Shown here one piece after another: positions 11,912 through 24,800 of a stretch of 64,000 nucleotides of DNA; the stretch's first letter is position 1, and each line of letters begins with the position of its first letter. Both the position numbers and the translations under genes were made by a program. This DNA comes from Chrysomallon squamiferum (taxonomy: Eukaryota; Animalia; Mollusca), in assembly GCA_012295275.1 (NCBI GenBank), contig CM022665.1, positions 48,856,001 through 48,920,000 of the forward strand. Reading direction: 5' to 3'. A model generated the notes under the pieces. It worked only from the letters and a program-made list of their open reading frames with translations. It ran no database searches and was not told the DNA's origin.

Positions 11912-14900
11912 TCACGTTGTTCTGATTTTGCCAGGAACATAATTCTTGTCGATCACGGGCTCCTGGAGAAACATGTGCAGACACTTTTCATTCTGTGCCA
12001 GTGGATGTCCAGCCACCCTGAAACAACCACATTGTAATAAAAACACACAGTCAATACTTTCAGTTGTCTCACTGCAACCTTTGCTAATAATAGATAAATT
12101 ATACATCTACGGTGATTTTTAAAAGTCAAAACTTACACTTATTTCAGTTACAGCAACCTTTGCTAATAATAGATAAATTATGCATCTACGGTGATTTTTA
12201 AAAGTCAAAACTTACACTTATTTCAGTTACAGCAACCTTTGCTAATAATAGATAAATTATGCATCTACGGTGATTTTTAAAAGTCAAAACTTACACTTAT
12301 TTCAGTTACAGCAACCTTTGCTAATAGTAGTCAGATAAATTATACATCTACAGTGATTTTTAAAAGTCAAAACTTACACTTATTTCACTGTTACAGCAAC
12401 CTTTGCTAATAGTAGTCAGATAAATTATACATCTACAGTGATTTTTAAAAGTCAATACTTTCACAAATTATACATTTTTAAAACTGTTACAGCAACCTTT
12501 GCTAATAATCAAAATCTACAGTGATTTTTAAAACACTTATTTCACTGTTACAGCAACCTTTGCTAATAGTAGTCAGATAAATTATACATCTACAGTGATT
12601 TTTAAAAGTCAAAACTTACACTTATTTCACTGTTACAGCAACCTTTGCTAATAGTAGTCAGATAAATTATACATCTACAGTGATTTTTAAAAGTCAAAAC
12701 TTACACTTATTTCACTGTTACAGCAATGTTTGCTAATAATAGTCAGATAACAAATTATACATCTACAGTAATTTTTAAAATTCGGTACATTCAGATTTTT
12801 TCACTGATACAGCAACATTTGCTAATAATAAAATCAGATAACAAATTATACATCTACAGTAATTTCAACAAGTCACTACATTCTGTTTTTTCACTGATAC
12901 AGCAACATTTGCTAATAATAAAATCAGATAACAAATTATACATCTACAGCGATTTTAACAACAGTCACTACATTCACTGATTTCATTGCTAACTTGAGCA
13001 TCTGATAACTGTAACAACTGTGAGAAGGAACAATTCACAGCAGACGTCTGTAGACAGGTAACTACTGTCACTCTGTCGCGTGAATCATCGCTGTAAAATA
13101 GCTGTTGCACTAATGACTTAGTTGCAAGTACAAATGCATTTTAATCACAGTGACAACAATTTATTCAACAGCTGTTTACATTTCAAAGTGAGTCTGAAGT
13201 TTAAATACTTTTTGTACACTTCTGTGGTTTCTGTTTTCTTAATTTCTGGCCATTTCGTGTAACTAACACAAATAGTAAAAAACAGGCAGTATACACAAGA
13301 TAAGGTAATCCACTATTTGTACCGTCAACAAAGGGAGATTTTAAAAAGTATACTGATTAAAAAAAAAATAAAAAAAAAAAAAAGGAATCACAAATATAAT
13401 AAATTGATGTATTCTATATAGTGTTGTCTAATGCACACTGTCTGCATACTGTGTGAATCTTGTCAACTGATGACTGCTCTTCGCTAACATTCCCAATCAG
13501 CAGATTAATAACCACTTACATTTTACATATTACTGAATACTCACTTGTTGATAAACTGCTCCAGCCCTTTCCTTCTCTCTTCAATGAAATCTTCTTCAAA
13601 AATACCGTCGTCTCCTCGGAATGGAAGCTGTCTCTTCAAAGCTTTGCCGGGTAATGGCGGAACAACGATCTAGTTAAACAACATGCAAAACATATAAAAT
13701 ATTATGTCTAACATTAGATTCATGCTGAATATGATAAAAACCCAACTGTAACACAAACTTTCTCAACAGAGTGACTTTAAAATGTTGCTATAATGGTTTA
13801 ATGTCTCAGATTTAATTTTATTCATATTACAGTTGAAGTGAATAGTACTAACTGTAACACAGTTGACAAAAAGTGATTATTAGAAACAACGTGACTAACT
13901 CACTATCTCTAGTTCATATGATAGATTACAAGAAGTGATGCAAAAATGATTATTAGAAATACATGATTATCTTACTATCCTAGTTCATATGACAGATTAC
14001 AAGAAGTGATGTAAAAATGATTAGAAGAAACACTTTGAATACCTTGCTATGTCTAGTTGATATGAATGATTAGAAGAAACACTTTAATACCTTGCTATCT
14101 CTAGTTGATATGAATGATTAGAAGAAACACTTTGAATACCCTGCTATCTCTAGTTGATATGAATGATTAGAAGAAAAACTTTGAATACCTTGCTATCTCT
14201 AGTTGATATGAATGATTAGAAGAAACACTTTGAATACCTTGCTATCTCTAGTTGATATGAATGATTAGAAGAAAAACTTTGAAAAATATGAATGATTAGA
14301 AGAAACACTTTGAATACCTTGCTATCTCTAGTTGATATGAATGATTAGAAGAAACACTTTGAATACCTTGCTATCTCTAGTTGATATGAATGATTAGAAG
14401 AAACACTTTGAATACCTTGCTATCTCTAGTTGATATGAATGATTAGAAGAAACACTTTGAATACCTTGCTATCTCTTTCTAATTCATTACGTAGCCACTC
14501 AAAATCACTGTAGCGACGTCTTGAGGTACATTCCTTCAACTTGAAAACAGGCAGGTTAGTCTACAAGCAAATCAAACCATTTATATTATAATAAGAACAT
14601 TTTAATATTACAGCAAATTGAAAATTTAAAACATACACTCTTGATAATAATAAAAATTATATACATATATATACATTGTGGGCAATTCCACACCAAAACA
14701 ATCACCTTCCAATTTTGATAAAATTTCACTCATTTGTGCATCCTTATAAATGATGAAAGCATGCAAAATTTTGGAACCAACATCTTATCAATTTTTAAAG
14801 TATGGTGCCGTATTCCTATTTTTGGGACTCAAAACTATGTTGAGTGATTATGGGTTATTTCTAAATGCTAATAACTTTAACCATTATAAAGATATTGAGC

Positions 14901-16418
14901 TGAAATTTGTCACTGAACATAATTCATATCTGGCGAATATAAAAATATATTCATTCTGCACACCAAGTTTTTCACCAGGTGACATCTACATTTTAGTTTT
15001 TTTTACCATTCAAATCTTATATTTTTCATATTTTGAAGGTCAGTTACTCTATGATTATTTGTCATATATATAAACTGCTGACTGATTTGAAGTATGTACA
15101 TATGGATGTTTCCTTATGGAAACGATTATCTGAATCTAGTAAAATATTTATAGTTAGGCAACTTGGGATCAAAAGTCACAAAAAAAATTACAAAATGTAA
15201 AACATATATGCATGCAAGCTGCATAACAAAAATTAAACATTTTTTTAAGGAAATAAAGTCTGTCATTCATCTTGCTAATGTTAATTATAATACATCAGAT
15301 AAGTTGTCGAGCATAAACTGAATTGAAGGAAAACCGCAAGCTTTGAATTTTATTCTTTTCTTTTATTTCCACGGCACAGCTAGTGTTCCCTTAGATTTAA
15401 AAAAAAAAATGTTAGGGTACCAAGAAAAGTTGGAGGGACATCAAGCCAATATTTATCAAGTTGTCATAAATTTAGTTTCAGTAAAGATTTAGAAAAAAGT
15501 TAATTCACAAGTACTGACAATGTTAGAGTATAAAATACATAAAATAAAATAAAAATGTGAAGGAAAATGTTTTGTTAATAATGTTCAAATGTCATTAGAT
15601 TTCTAGACAATATGTTCTCAAATCTCAGTTTTAAAATCAGAATTAAATTAAGAAAAAATACATCTGAAATGGCTATATTTAAAAGTTTATGAAAATTTAT
15701 ACACAAAATATTCTACAATTTCATTTTTTGTTTCTTTTTTTGTTGTCAAAATCTTTGTGCCTTTTAAGATATATATTTTTTTTTTCAAACCATAAATACT
15801 CAATTTAATGCTCCTTTTTTTAACTTAAATTGTTCTCCTCTTTTCTGAAAGCGTTTTTATTGAACTTTGAGAATATCTTTAATATTTCAAAATAAATAGT
15901 TTTCGTTTTTGCAAAGAACAGAATCAACATTGTATGATTTATATATAAATAAAAAGATTTATACATTATAATGATCCTTAGTTTCAAAATACACGATCTT
16001 TCAACAAAAAAGCTAGAAAAGGGGGTGGATCCACATTTTTGTTTCATGATGAAGCAGGAAATTTTTGTCAAACTTACATCTTTAGTCATATGTCCAGCAT
16101 TAAACCAGAGATAATAAAAACTCATTTGTGGTATAAAAAAATAAATAAACTATAATAAATATATTTTAAGAGGACATGATCTGCGTAGTTATTATTAGAC
16201 ATTACATGTGGGGGGAGAAAAGGGAACAAAAGGCGAAGTAGGCCATCTATTTAACCTACCCTCATTCGTAACTCATAGTCGGTATAACGTTTCTTTCCAA
16301 CGCCGTGTGTTTGCGGATTACACATATCAATTTCTAAAAAGTTAGCAGGAGGTGAGTAGGCATCCTCTAATGTCTGTTTTTGAGTATTTATTCTTGCTGT
16401 CGCGGCTGAGTTCGACAT
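11912..16418 (-). CDS. SNX3: Sorting nexin-3/12-like PX-domain protein, 161 aa; exons 16418-16260, 14560-14465, 13669-13545, 12017-11912
   Basis: Spliced translation MSNSAATARINTQKQTLEDAYSPPANFLEIDMCNPQTHGVGKKRYTDYELRMR/TNLPVFKLKECTSRRRYSDFEWLRNELERDSK/IVVPPLPGKALKRQLPFRGDDGIFEEDFIEERRKGLEQFINK/VAGHPLAQNEKCLHMFLQEPVIDKNYVPGKIRTT* carries SNX3/SNX12 hallmarks (PPxNFLEID, RRRYSDFEWLR, VPPLPGK). All introns are GT-AG with consistent phases (159+96+125+106=486 nt). It is co-orthologous to vertebrate SNX3 and SNX12. Confidence 0.95.
12048..12975. repeat. Intronic minisatellite, ~79-84-bp unit, ~11 copies (SNX intron 3)
   Basis: gcaacctttgctaataatagataaatta recurs at 12074, 12153, 12232 and onward. 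Confidence 0.95.
13870..14476 (-). repeat. 49-bp tandem array whose unit contains the SNX exon-2 donor (AGAGATAGCAAG|gtattcaaag)
   Basis: Unit gaatgattagaagaaacactttgaataccttgctatctctagttgatat, ~9 copies plus degenerate distal copies. The last copy overlaps the true exon end at 14465. Confidence 0.95.
14678..16140. mobile_element. Possible decayed non-autonomous DNA transposon fragment(s) in SNX intron 1
   Basis: Abrupt start gggcaattccacaccaaaac and internal motifs such as gatattgagctgaaatttg that resemble MITE families. No matching right terminal repeat or transposase found, so boundaries are uncertain. Confidence 0.25.
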
Positions 16419-16664
16419 TTTCGCTAAAAAAAAATATAATACGCACTGTATGAAACGTCACCGTAAACTGCGTATGACGCAGCGGATGAAAAAACAAAAC
16501 AACACTTCTGTAGTACATTTCCACCTACTTCATTGGGTCACCAAATTGTTTTCCCTACTGGCTGTTTTTATAAGAAATGTTGTTACAAAACGGAAAGCTG
16601 TTTAATATTACTTTAAAAACAAAATATAAACTATTACCAACATACTGAAGTTATAACAATAATA

Positions 16665-16703
<39 letters not shown>

Positions 16704-16964
16704 TTCCTAGAATGTACAGTTGTGGAGCGCGGTCTGCTGATTTTTTAAGCTTTATTTGGTTCATAAAATAAAAGATTTAAATAATAATAAGAAGAATATC
16801 AAAAGTCGATAGTTTTGACAATAAATATGAATACATTTGGATACATAATTCTTTTAAATAACGAAATTTTTATGGATTGTCTCATTTAGATTGCGGGTCA
16901 TTTGAAGGACCAGAAAACAAATTCACGAAGGAACACACGTGGAAACGTATAACATGTTAAAAAT
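16419..16964. promoter_or_regulatory. Putative bidirectional promoter between SNX3-like and AFG1L-like
   Basis: Only ~546 bp separate the two divergent ATGs. The interval is CpG-richer than its surroundings (tgaaacgtcaccgtaaactgcgtatgacgcagcgg) and has a (CA)n tract at ~16668-16700. Confidence 0.65.
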
Positions 16965-18953
16965 ATGAAATATTGTTTACAAACATCGGTTTTATACAGA
17001 TTTCCATGCATTTGTTTCCAGACTGTTTCATTTGCTTCCAGTGTATCAGGTCAGTTATATGCCAATAAGAAAATAATAATAATTTATAAACTATAGCTCG
17101 CAACCAAATGCTGAGATGGTCTCTGCATATAGTTAAAATCAATAAATTGTTAAGTTTATGTATTTTTATCGGAAAAAAAATCTCTTAATGGTGACCTCAT
17201 GACTGGTTCTGAACTCGAAATCGCCTGTTTTTAAAACTTCATTTGCATCAATTACCTCTTTTCAAAGTTCAGGTGCTTTCTCACTAATACACATATTAAC
17301 AAATTTGTAAAAGGAATCCGTGTAATCAAAAAAATTGCAGCCCCACAAATACTGTATTATACATATCGAATTAGTATCTATTAACGCAGGTGCACGGATA
17401 CAAACTTTGTATCAGTGGAAAAAACAATAACTTGTTTCTTTTCATCTATTTATTTCTTCTTCTTCTTCTTGGTTTTTTTTACTCAGTTATAAAGTTTTTA
17501 TGAAGTTATCAGTTAAAGTACGTGTGACATTATATTAATTCAAATCGTATTGTTTTCATTATTATTTATTTTTTATTTTTTCTTCACATTTTATTATTTT
17601 TTTTAAACATTTAACTGGTTTGAAAGATTTTTAACAATGTAATGAAATACACTGGAATAATTTTGTTGAGAACAAATTGATCAGGTTCTTTATTTTGACT
17701 TTCAGCATAAATGTAAGCAAAACAATAACAGTTACAATTAATGACACAAATTAATTGTTTTGAATATATAATAATCACTGATTTGCTTTTTTATTTTAGG
17801 ACATAAAGTAAATAACGAGTTTTCACAAAATGACTCACATGGAGACACAAAAGACAATGTAACGTTTAAGAATTTCTCGGGACCTAAAGCAGCATATCGG
17901 TCTCTGATTGAAAATGGCCGACTCCGAAGAGACAGACATCAAGAAGCTATTGTTGAAAATTTGGAAGAATTACATGAACAACTTGAGAATTATCAACCAC
18001 ACAAAGCGCGTGGTTCATCTTCTTGGTTATCCAGAGTAAGCTCATATTAACAGGGTGAATTCATACTCTGAACATCATTTTTTTTATCCTGACTGGGTTA
18101 TGGTGATGAAGAGGTGTACAGGAAAAATAAAACATGAATTTTGTTTTGAAAATAAAATTAAATGTACCTCAAAATATCTGTATCAATACTTACATCGTCG
18201 TCGACACAGACTTAGCAATAGAAGTATGTAACAATAAATATTTTCAAAATAAATTTAAATGTAACTCAAAATATATTATAAATGCTTACCAGGGGTTTAA
18301 ACTTGCACTGGTAGTATGTAACAATAAATATTTTGTTTATTGATTATATCCTGAGGGTGATGGCATTTTTGTAACCGGATTACAATTGTAGTGTAACAAT
18401 AATATTTAACTATCAACTTGCAATATTAAATAATTTATCTGAGAAAACCAGAGCCATTCAGTTTGTGATGATTTTTCTACCCTCCAAACCAACAGGTAAA
18501 AACTGAGAATAATTAATAAACAAGTGAAGGTTTATAGACTCTTTATTGATCAAAAACATTACCAGTCTTTACACAGTATCTTCACATACTGAAAGCTATT
18601 GCAGGAACTGGGTTGGTTCTATTCACTGCCCATTTTCCAGTTCCAGTAAGGGTCTCACAAAATAAAGGATCAAAGATCATGATGCATAGTTCATTGATTT
18701 TAGAAAGATGCCATGAATAACATTTCTCGAGTTCTCATTATATAAAAGTTACATGCTAGAATTTGTTGACGTATTTTAAATAAGTATTAATTCATTTGTG
18801 ACTGTTTCTACGATGTTCTCTAGTTTTAATTCTTCTTGTAGACATTTGGTCAAAGGAAGGCAGAAGAGTCTTCTGTTCTACAGGGTCTCTATTTATACGG
18901 CAAAGTTGGTGAGTGTGTGTAACTGTTTTACATTACAGTATAATCCATACATT

Positions 18954-19027
<74 letters not shown>

Positions 19028-21814
19028 GATAGATAGATAGATAGATATTGCGCTAGAGATAGACATATGCATACAGATAGATAGTTACAGATATACTGAC
19101 AGATATGGATATGGATATATATGCACACATACGCATATACATATTCAGTTCAGTGGTTTTAACATTTATTTATAATCTAAACCTGCATCCAAACACAACC
19201 AGTCAAGTAATTATACAACAGTACTTAGTTCTTTTTCACAGATTAACAATACATTTTTTTGTCATTGAAAAAGTATATTACTATCATACTATCAGAAGTG
19301 TAGACATGCAGCATCTGAAATGAAAGATCATCTGTTTTAATTTTGTCAAATGTCATTACAAAGAAAGTGCGGGTCAATTAATGGCTGCTGTCATTTTAAT
19401 GGCTGATGGTTGTTTCACATGTAATATTATTCAGGATCGGGAAAAACAATGCTGATGGACATGTTTCATCAGACATGCAGTGTTGACAAGAAACAGCGAG
19501 TTCACTTCAACAAGTTTATGTTGGATGTCCACAAACGTACGTAACTAAGCAACCTGACCCTACTTCATACACTCAGCTAATAATTATTCCATATATATAT
19601 ATATATATATATTTCTTCTGATTTGTAATCTGCTAAAGCATATTCTTTCAGAATCCTTTCAGCATCCTTGTGTTCATTGACAATATTAAAAATACTGAAG
19701 AAAACAATTAATAAGGACATTATTTTTTTTCCAACATTGTTTAAGAAAGAACAAAAATACACCATCCTACACTAAATGAAATCTAAAAAAAAGATTTGTG
19801 AACTCTTAAATTAAAAGTGTTAACATCTTCACATTATCTTACAAACAACTGAACCAGTAGGTTCTTGGCCATGTAGAAATATATACTCTAAAATGATAAT
19901 GTTCTGTTATTTCTGGCTTCAGGGATTCATGCCCTGAAACAAACCATCCCCAAATTGAAAGACCAGAAGAGACCTCCCAGATATGACCCAATTCAGCCCA
20001 TTGCTGATCAGATTACAGACGAGGGCTGGCTTCTCTGCTTTGACGAATTTCAGGTATTTTATTTCACAGTTAATTAATTTGTGACATGTACCTCAGTTTT
20101 GACGAATTTCAGGTATTTTATTTTACAGTTAATTAATTTGTGGCACATACCTGTAACAAAAAATATCGACATTTTTCCCACTATATAAAAGATTATTTTT
20201 TATATATTTTTTTTTATTTAAAGTTTATTTGTGGTTTCTGTTTGTGTGCATTTATTTAATTTTGTCATGATGTTGCTGACTGTATTATTAACAAAAAAGA
20301 ATTATGTATTTAAAATTATTGGATATAATGTCATGTTTTAGAGAGTTAATTATTTAATGTTTCTTTTATTTACTGATATAATTTTATTTTAGAATTATGT
20401 TATTTTTAAGTGTAAAGATGTTATGTTATTTTAAGGTTAAAGATATTTGCTAATTTAAGATTACAAATATGTTATTTTAAGGTAAAAGATAATGTGTTAT
20501 GTTAAGTTCACAGACATTTTAAGATTACATGTGTAAAAATATGTTATTCAAAGATTGAATATGTGATATTTTAAGATTAAAAATATGTAATTTTCAAGTT
20601 AACAGATGTTCTTTTTAAGGTTAACAATATGTTATTTTAAAACTAAACTTGTGTAACTTTAAGGTTAAAGATATTTTGTTAAGTTTAAAGTAAAGTTATT
20701 TTAAGGTTAAAGATATTCTATTCAGTTCACAGATGTCATGTTTTGAGCTTACAGTTATGCAATTTTAAATTTAAAGATATCACATTGTTTTAAGGTGACA
20801 GATATTGCTGATGCAATGATACTCAAACATCTGTTTACAGCATTGTTTCAGAACGGTGTTGTAGTTGTTGCTACATCCAACAGAGCCCCAGATGGTGAGA
20901 CTTAAAAACATTCTTCATCAGAAGTTTTAGAATTCTGTATTAATTATTAAAACATATCACATTTAATGGCTGTGGAATAAAACACGAGAATTTTTTGTTG
21001 TCTGTGAAAACACAGCCAAGGATCTGTGTGTAAGAAATTGTTGTAAATATATCAATAATGAAGTAAGTTTCATCATGTGATCTTTAAGAGATAGCTGCAC
21101 CTGCTAAAATGAAGTAACTGATGTCCTGTAATTTTCTCTCTTTTTTTTCTTCATTATTTCAGACATTTTCCTGTTTCAATGCATGTGTATTTTTGTGCAG
21201 TGCATTATAACTTAATTCTTCCTTTTTTTCTATTTATTTATTTTATTTTATTTTTTATTTTTTTGTCAAGACTTGTACAAGAATGGTCTTCAGAGAGCTA
21301 ATTTTGTTCCTTTTATTGGAGTCCTGAAAGGTGAGTGTTTTAACACAGATAATAAAAATACACTTAAAAACAGACACATTTTCAGAAAAATGTTGTTTTT
21401 CTTTTTTTTTTTCGTTTATCATTATTATCACTTTTCTCATAAATAAATAAATGTGAACCAAACAGAAAACTTTAAATAAATTAACTTGTATCACATTTCT
21501 ACTACATTTTGTTACTTAGACATTTAAAAAAAAAAAAAATTAAAACAAATTTAATCTTTATATTTCTGTAACTTTCTTTTATTAAATGTCTTTATTTATT
21601 TATTTATTTATTTATTTATTATCTCTTTATAGACCTATCCTTAATTAATTTATTTATTTTATTTTTATTTTTATTTTTATTTTTATTTTTATTTTTATTT
21701 TTATTTTTTTATTTTATTTTTTTTTTTTTTTTTTTTTTTATTTTATTTTATTTTTATTTTTAATTTTACTTTACTTTTATTTTATGTTATTTTATTTATT
21801 TTATTATTATTATT

Positions 21815-21852
<38 letters not shown>

Positions 21853-24800
21853 TTTTTTTTTTTTATTTTATTTTATTTTATTTTATTTTTTTTTTTTTTT
21901 TGACAACTTTTTTTTTTTTAGTTATTTTTTTTTTTTTTTTTTTTTTGACAATCACTGTTTGATGGGAGACTGATAACTCAGTTTTATTTTAGAAATACTT
22001 ACAAGTCCTGTGTCTAGACGCTGGTGTTGCACTGACTCTTCCTGCTGAGGATCACTGGTTTGATGTGAGACTGACACAGCTGTATTTTGTGTAAGTGTGT
22101 TTTATTTTAGAAATAACACAGCTGTATTTTGTCCTGCCACTGTCTAGCTGTATTTTGTGTAAGTGTGACTGACACAGCTGTATTTTGTCCACTTCCTGCT
22201 GAGGATAAGTTGTATTTTGTGTAAGTGCCACTGACACAGCTGTATTTTGTGTAAGTGTGACTAACACAGCAGTATTTTGTGTAAGTGTGACTAACAGCTG
22301 TATTTTGTGTAAGTGCCACTGACACAGCTGTATTTTGTGTAAGTGTGACTAACAGCTGTATTTTGTGTAAGTGTGACTAACTGCAGTATTTTGTGTGTCA
22401 CTGACACAGCTGTATTTTATGTAAGTGTCACTGACACAGCTGTATTTTGTGTGAGTGCCACTGACACAGCTGTATTTTGTGTGAGTGCCACTGACACAGC
22501 TGTATTTTGTGTGAGTGCCACTGACACAACTGTATTTTATGAACATCACTAACAGCTGTATTTTAAGTAAATGTGACTGTCAGCTGTATTTTGTGTGACT
22601 AACACAGCTGTATTTTGAGTAAATGTGATGACAGCTGTATTTTCTGTGAGTGACTAATGGCTGTGTTTTGTAATGTAACTTATAGCTGTATTTTCTGAAT
22701 GTGGGACCAACAGTGTATGATGTGTAAATGACTAACAGCTGTATTTTGTAATATAGCTATCACTGCTGTATTCTATGAGTTACTGACAGCTGTGTCAATT
22801 ATAACCGACTCTGTTGTATGACTGTTACAGCTGTATTTTGAGTAATCACGCTAATTCAGTGTAGTTTAAATTATAATTATTGTGAAATTGATTATATATT
22901 ATTACTGGTAAATAAAGCCTTTGCCTTGAATGATACATATTATTAGAAAATTTTATAATTTTCATGTCAGCAAATTTGTCAAAATGTGTCATTGCTTAAC
23001 TCGTTATTTTTTGTTGTTTTTTGTAGAACATCTAAATATGATAGTGAGAAAGAGTTAGACAGAATTTTTGAAGATTTACGAAAAATTCAGAATGCAGGTG
23101 AGATAGAAAAAAAGAAAAATAGAAAGAAAAAAAAATGAAAAAGGATAAAATTATTGACTTAATTATTGGAAGTCTTTAGTCTATAGCTGACTATGATAAA
23201 GAGTTGTTTCCCTTGTCTCATTGTGTTTTATTATTAATGTGGCATGCAAGTAGATCAGAGTTTACAAAACTTTTTAAATTTTGTTCTAGATGTTTGTCCC
23301 CGGACACTGACAGTGCTAGGCAGGAGTGTGCACCTGTCTAAAACTTGTGGAAGAATTCTAGATTGTTCCTTTGATGATTTATGTTCACGGGTAGGTAACT
23401 TCAGAGTCACTCAATCTGAATCATATTAGCATAATTTTATACTGATGCTTTTGTTTTTTGTTAGTTTGTTAGTTGTTGTTTTCTTTTTTTTGTTTATTTG
23501 TTGGTTTTTTTTTCTTTTTTTTATTTATTTTTTAATTTATGAATTTTTTATTTTTTATTTTTTTTATCTACTTTGATGTTGCTAATTGCTAGAATAACAT
23601 AGCATTACCACAAAAAATGTTAATTATTTCAACATATCAAAAACATGATTTTAAAACCTTAATATATTAGTATATTAAATCAAAGGTTATCAAAATAATA
23701 CAAAAATTGATAAAATAATAATTTATAAATAAAATGAAAAATAATAAAAAGTCAGCTGATGTCAATGCTTCATACAAAAATAACAGAGATATTTACAAGA
23801 AATTGATTTTTATTTTTTTATTTTTTTTTGTCAATGTTTTCTCAGCCAGTTGGAGCTGTAGATTACCTTGAGATCAGCAGCCACTTTGATGTCCTCATCC
23901 TGAGAAACATCCCTCGAATGAGTCTGAAAAACAAAATGGAGGCTCGAAGATTTGTTATACTGATAGATACTCTTTACGATAACAAGGTTCATAATTTATC
24001 TTTCCTTTATCATAAACAGTTATTTCAATTTGCTGGGGTGGGGTTTCTTTTTATAGCATGTTCATGATAAGCCTTGAAAATAAACACTATTAATGCCAGT
24101 GTTTTGTGAATAGAAACTTTCCCTCAACCCTTACTCTTGAGAAAAGTGTTAGTTAACTGATCTGTACATCAGTTTTTCAATTGCGCTGATAATCTTGTTG
24201 ATTCATAATTGGTCCATATTTAGTATCAGTTGTGGTACTCACACTTTTCTGTTCAGTATATTTTCAAACATGCTGGGATTAGTTATTTACTTTTCAGTGC
24301 TCCCCGTTGAGACCAATTTTCTTTAAAATTAAAATAGATTATCTTTTTTTAATTTTTATTTTTTTTCATACCAGATTAATGGTATTTGCTAAGCTTGCAT
24401 ATCAGTGACATACATGTAAATTAATAATATTTATTGGCTACATGTAATTGAAAGACTACACAGATAATGTTTAATTTGAAAGTTTGAAAGATATTTTGAT
24501 GTGAGAACACTAAGATTACAAGTGTTTGTTTAAACACAGGTGTACATTTTATTACACAGGTGTATATTTTATTACGCAGGTAAAACTTTATTACACAGGT
24601 GCACATTTTATTACACAGGTAAAACTTGTGTGTTCATCAGAAGCAGAACCCCAGGAGCTGTTTTCCACTGGGTCAGTCAGCGCCTACGACTTTGATTCAA
24701 ACAGAGCTTTGATGGATGACCTTGACATTGAAGCTGTAAGAGCAGTCGTGTTAGGTTAAAATGTTCCTAACAGAAGTAACCAGTCGAATACTGAGAACAT

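Noticed and set aside
12048-12975. Regular repeat array as a CRISPR or as another junction-derived array
   Set aside because: The units are tandem with no unique spacers, lie in a eukaryotic intron and have no cas genes nearby. The unit does not clearly include the exon-4 acceptor.
21590-21950. Long T-rich tract as a structural element
   Set aside because: Low-complexity sequence, probably of poor consensus quality.
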